A stretch of 26,052 nt of DNA from Clostridia bacterium (lineage in GTDB: Bacteria > Bacillota > Sulfobacillia > Sulfobacillales > JAIMBI01): positions 1-26,052 of the forward strand of contig JBMFXK010000002.1 of the NCBI GenBank assembly GCA_049964315.1, written 5' to 3'. Every line of letters starts with the position of its first letter. The first letter of the stretch is position 1. The notes beneath the pieces are model-generated. The model was not told the DNA's origin, ran no database searches, and was given only the letters and a program-made list of their open reading frames with translations. Positions 25,369 to 26,052 of the stretch are shown here, piece by piece. The position numbers were made by a program, and so were the translations under genes.

Positions 25369-26052
25369 TCACGTCAGGGTGGCCGGGTCGATGAGGGTCG
25401 CGCCGGCCGCGAATCGGCAGAGGGCATCAATCAGGGGCAGCTGCTCGACGGTGCGGGGCTTGGCGTCCAACAGCGCCGGAGACGCGACCAGCACCGCCAG
25501 CCCCTGCGCCCGCGAGACCGCGACATTGAGCCGGTTCAGGCTGTAGAGAAACTCCGGCCCCCGGGGTGCATCCTCGAGACTTGAGGAGGCCAGGGTGTAA
25601 ATGACGACCGGCGCCTCCTGTCCCTGAAACCGGTCGACGGTTCCCACCCGGGCCCCAGTCGGGAGCGCACGGATGAGGCGGTTTACGTGCGCGTTGTATG
25701 GGGCCACAACCAGAATGTCGGGCAACGCGAGGGATCGCGTGCGTCCGTCGCGGCCGATCCAGGACCGGTCGACGAGGGCCCGAATCACTGCCCGCACCAC
25801 GTCGACTTCCTCCGGGGACACCGTCTTCCGGTCTTTATGGGAAACTGGGATGAAACGGAGGCCGGTTCCGGAGAGGGCATCGCCGCCCCCGAGCCGCTGT
25901 TGGCCGCACGCGTCATCCGAGCGGAGACGATCCTCATAGGCAATGGCCGAGATGTAGCGCCCAATGTCCGGATGCAGGCGGTGGGAGACGTCGAGAAACA
26001 CCCCCTCGTCATCGCCGATGAAGCGCGCCAGAAGCTCGCCGACATGCCGGCG
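25369..26052 (-). CDS. SF1 (Upf1/DNA2-like, AAA_12) helicase C-terminal domain, possibly of a TM0106-family nuclease-helicase; 5' end beyond the window
   Basis: SHRLHPDI, VVAPYNAHV, GTVDRFQGQEAPVVI and NRLNVAVSRAQ motifs. Frame is open to base 26052. Confidence 0.9.
   Translation of the reverse strand, partial: RRHVGELLARFIGDDEGVFLDVSHRLHPDIGRYISAIAYEDRLRSDDACGQQRLGGGDALSGTGLRFIPVSHKDRKTVSPEEVDVVRAVIRALVDRSWIGRDGRTRSLALPDILVVAPYNAHVNRLIRALPTGARVGTVDRFQGQEAPVVIYTLASSSLEDAPRGPEFLYSLNRLNVAVSRAQGLAVLVASPALLDAKPRTVEQLPLIDALCRFAAGATLIDPATLT

Noticed and set aside
1-26052. CRISPR array, tRNA/rRNA, integrase or intact transposase
   Set aside because: No regularly spaced direct repeats, no tRNA cloverleaf or rRNA signature, and no recombinase or DDE catalytic motifs were seen by eye.

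Overview
GC-rich bacterial window, probably Firmicutes/Bacillota (inferred from the his gene order, GGAGG ribosome-binding sites and lipoproteins). Left end (to 4243): the distal histidine operon hisD(partial)-hisB-hisH-hisA-hisF-hisIE. Right end: the 3' part of an Upf1/DNA2-like SF1 helicase. Between them lies about 21 kb of accessory DNA. In order: a possible IS110 scar; an ABC-2 transporter pair; a sensor-less hybrid histidine kinase whose receiver lacks the phospho-acceptor Asp; an XRE-HTH/TPR (RRNPP-like) regulator divergent from a 53-aa secreted peptide gene missed by the ORF track; a tightly coupled four-gene minus-strand operon (unknown protein, two DUF2791/BrxD-like ATPases, and a BrxL-like ATPase with an intact Lon Ser-Lys dyad) with no PglX/PglZ/BrxC in the window; a frameshifted ECF sigma with an intact anti-sigma-like partner; a MazG-like pyrophosphohydrolase; and a run of exported proteins (lipoprotein hydrolase, PQQ-type propeller, lipoprotein with a Ser/Pro tail). 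The best candidates for an undescribed system are the stand-alone BrxD-BrxD-BrxL operon (10596-15865) and the peptide/regulator cassette (8286-9812). All family assignments come from motif recognition by eye; no database searches were run.
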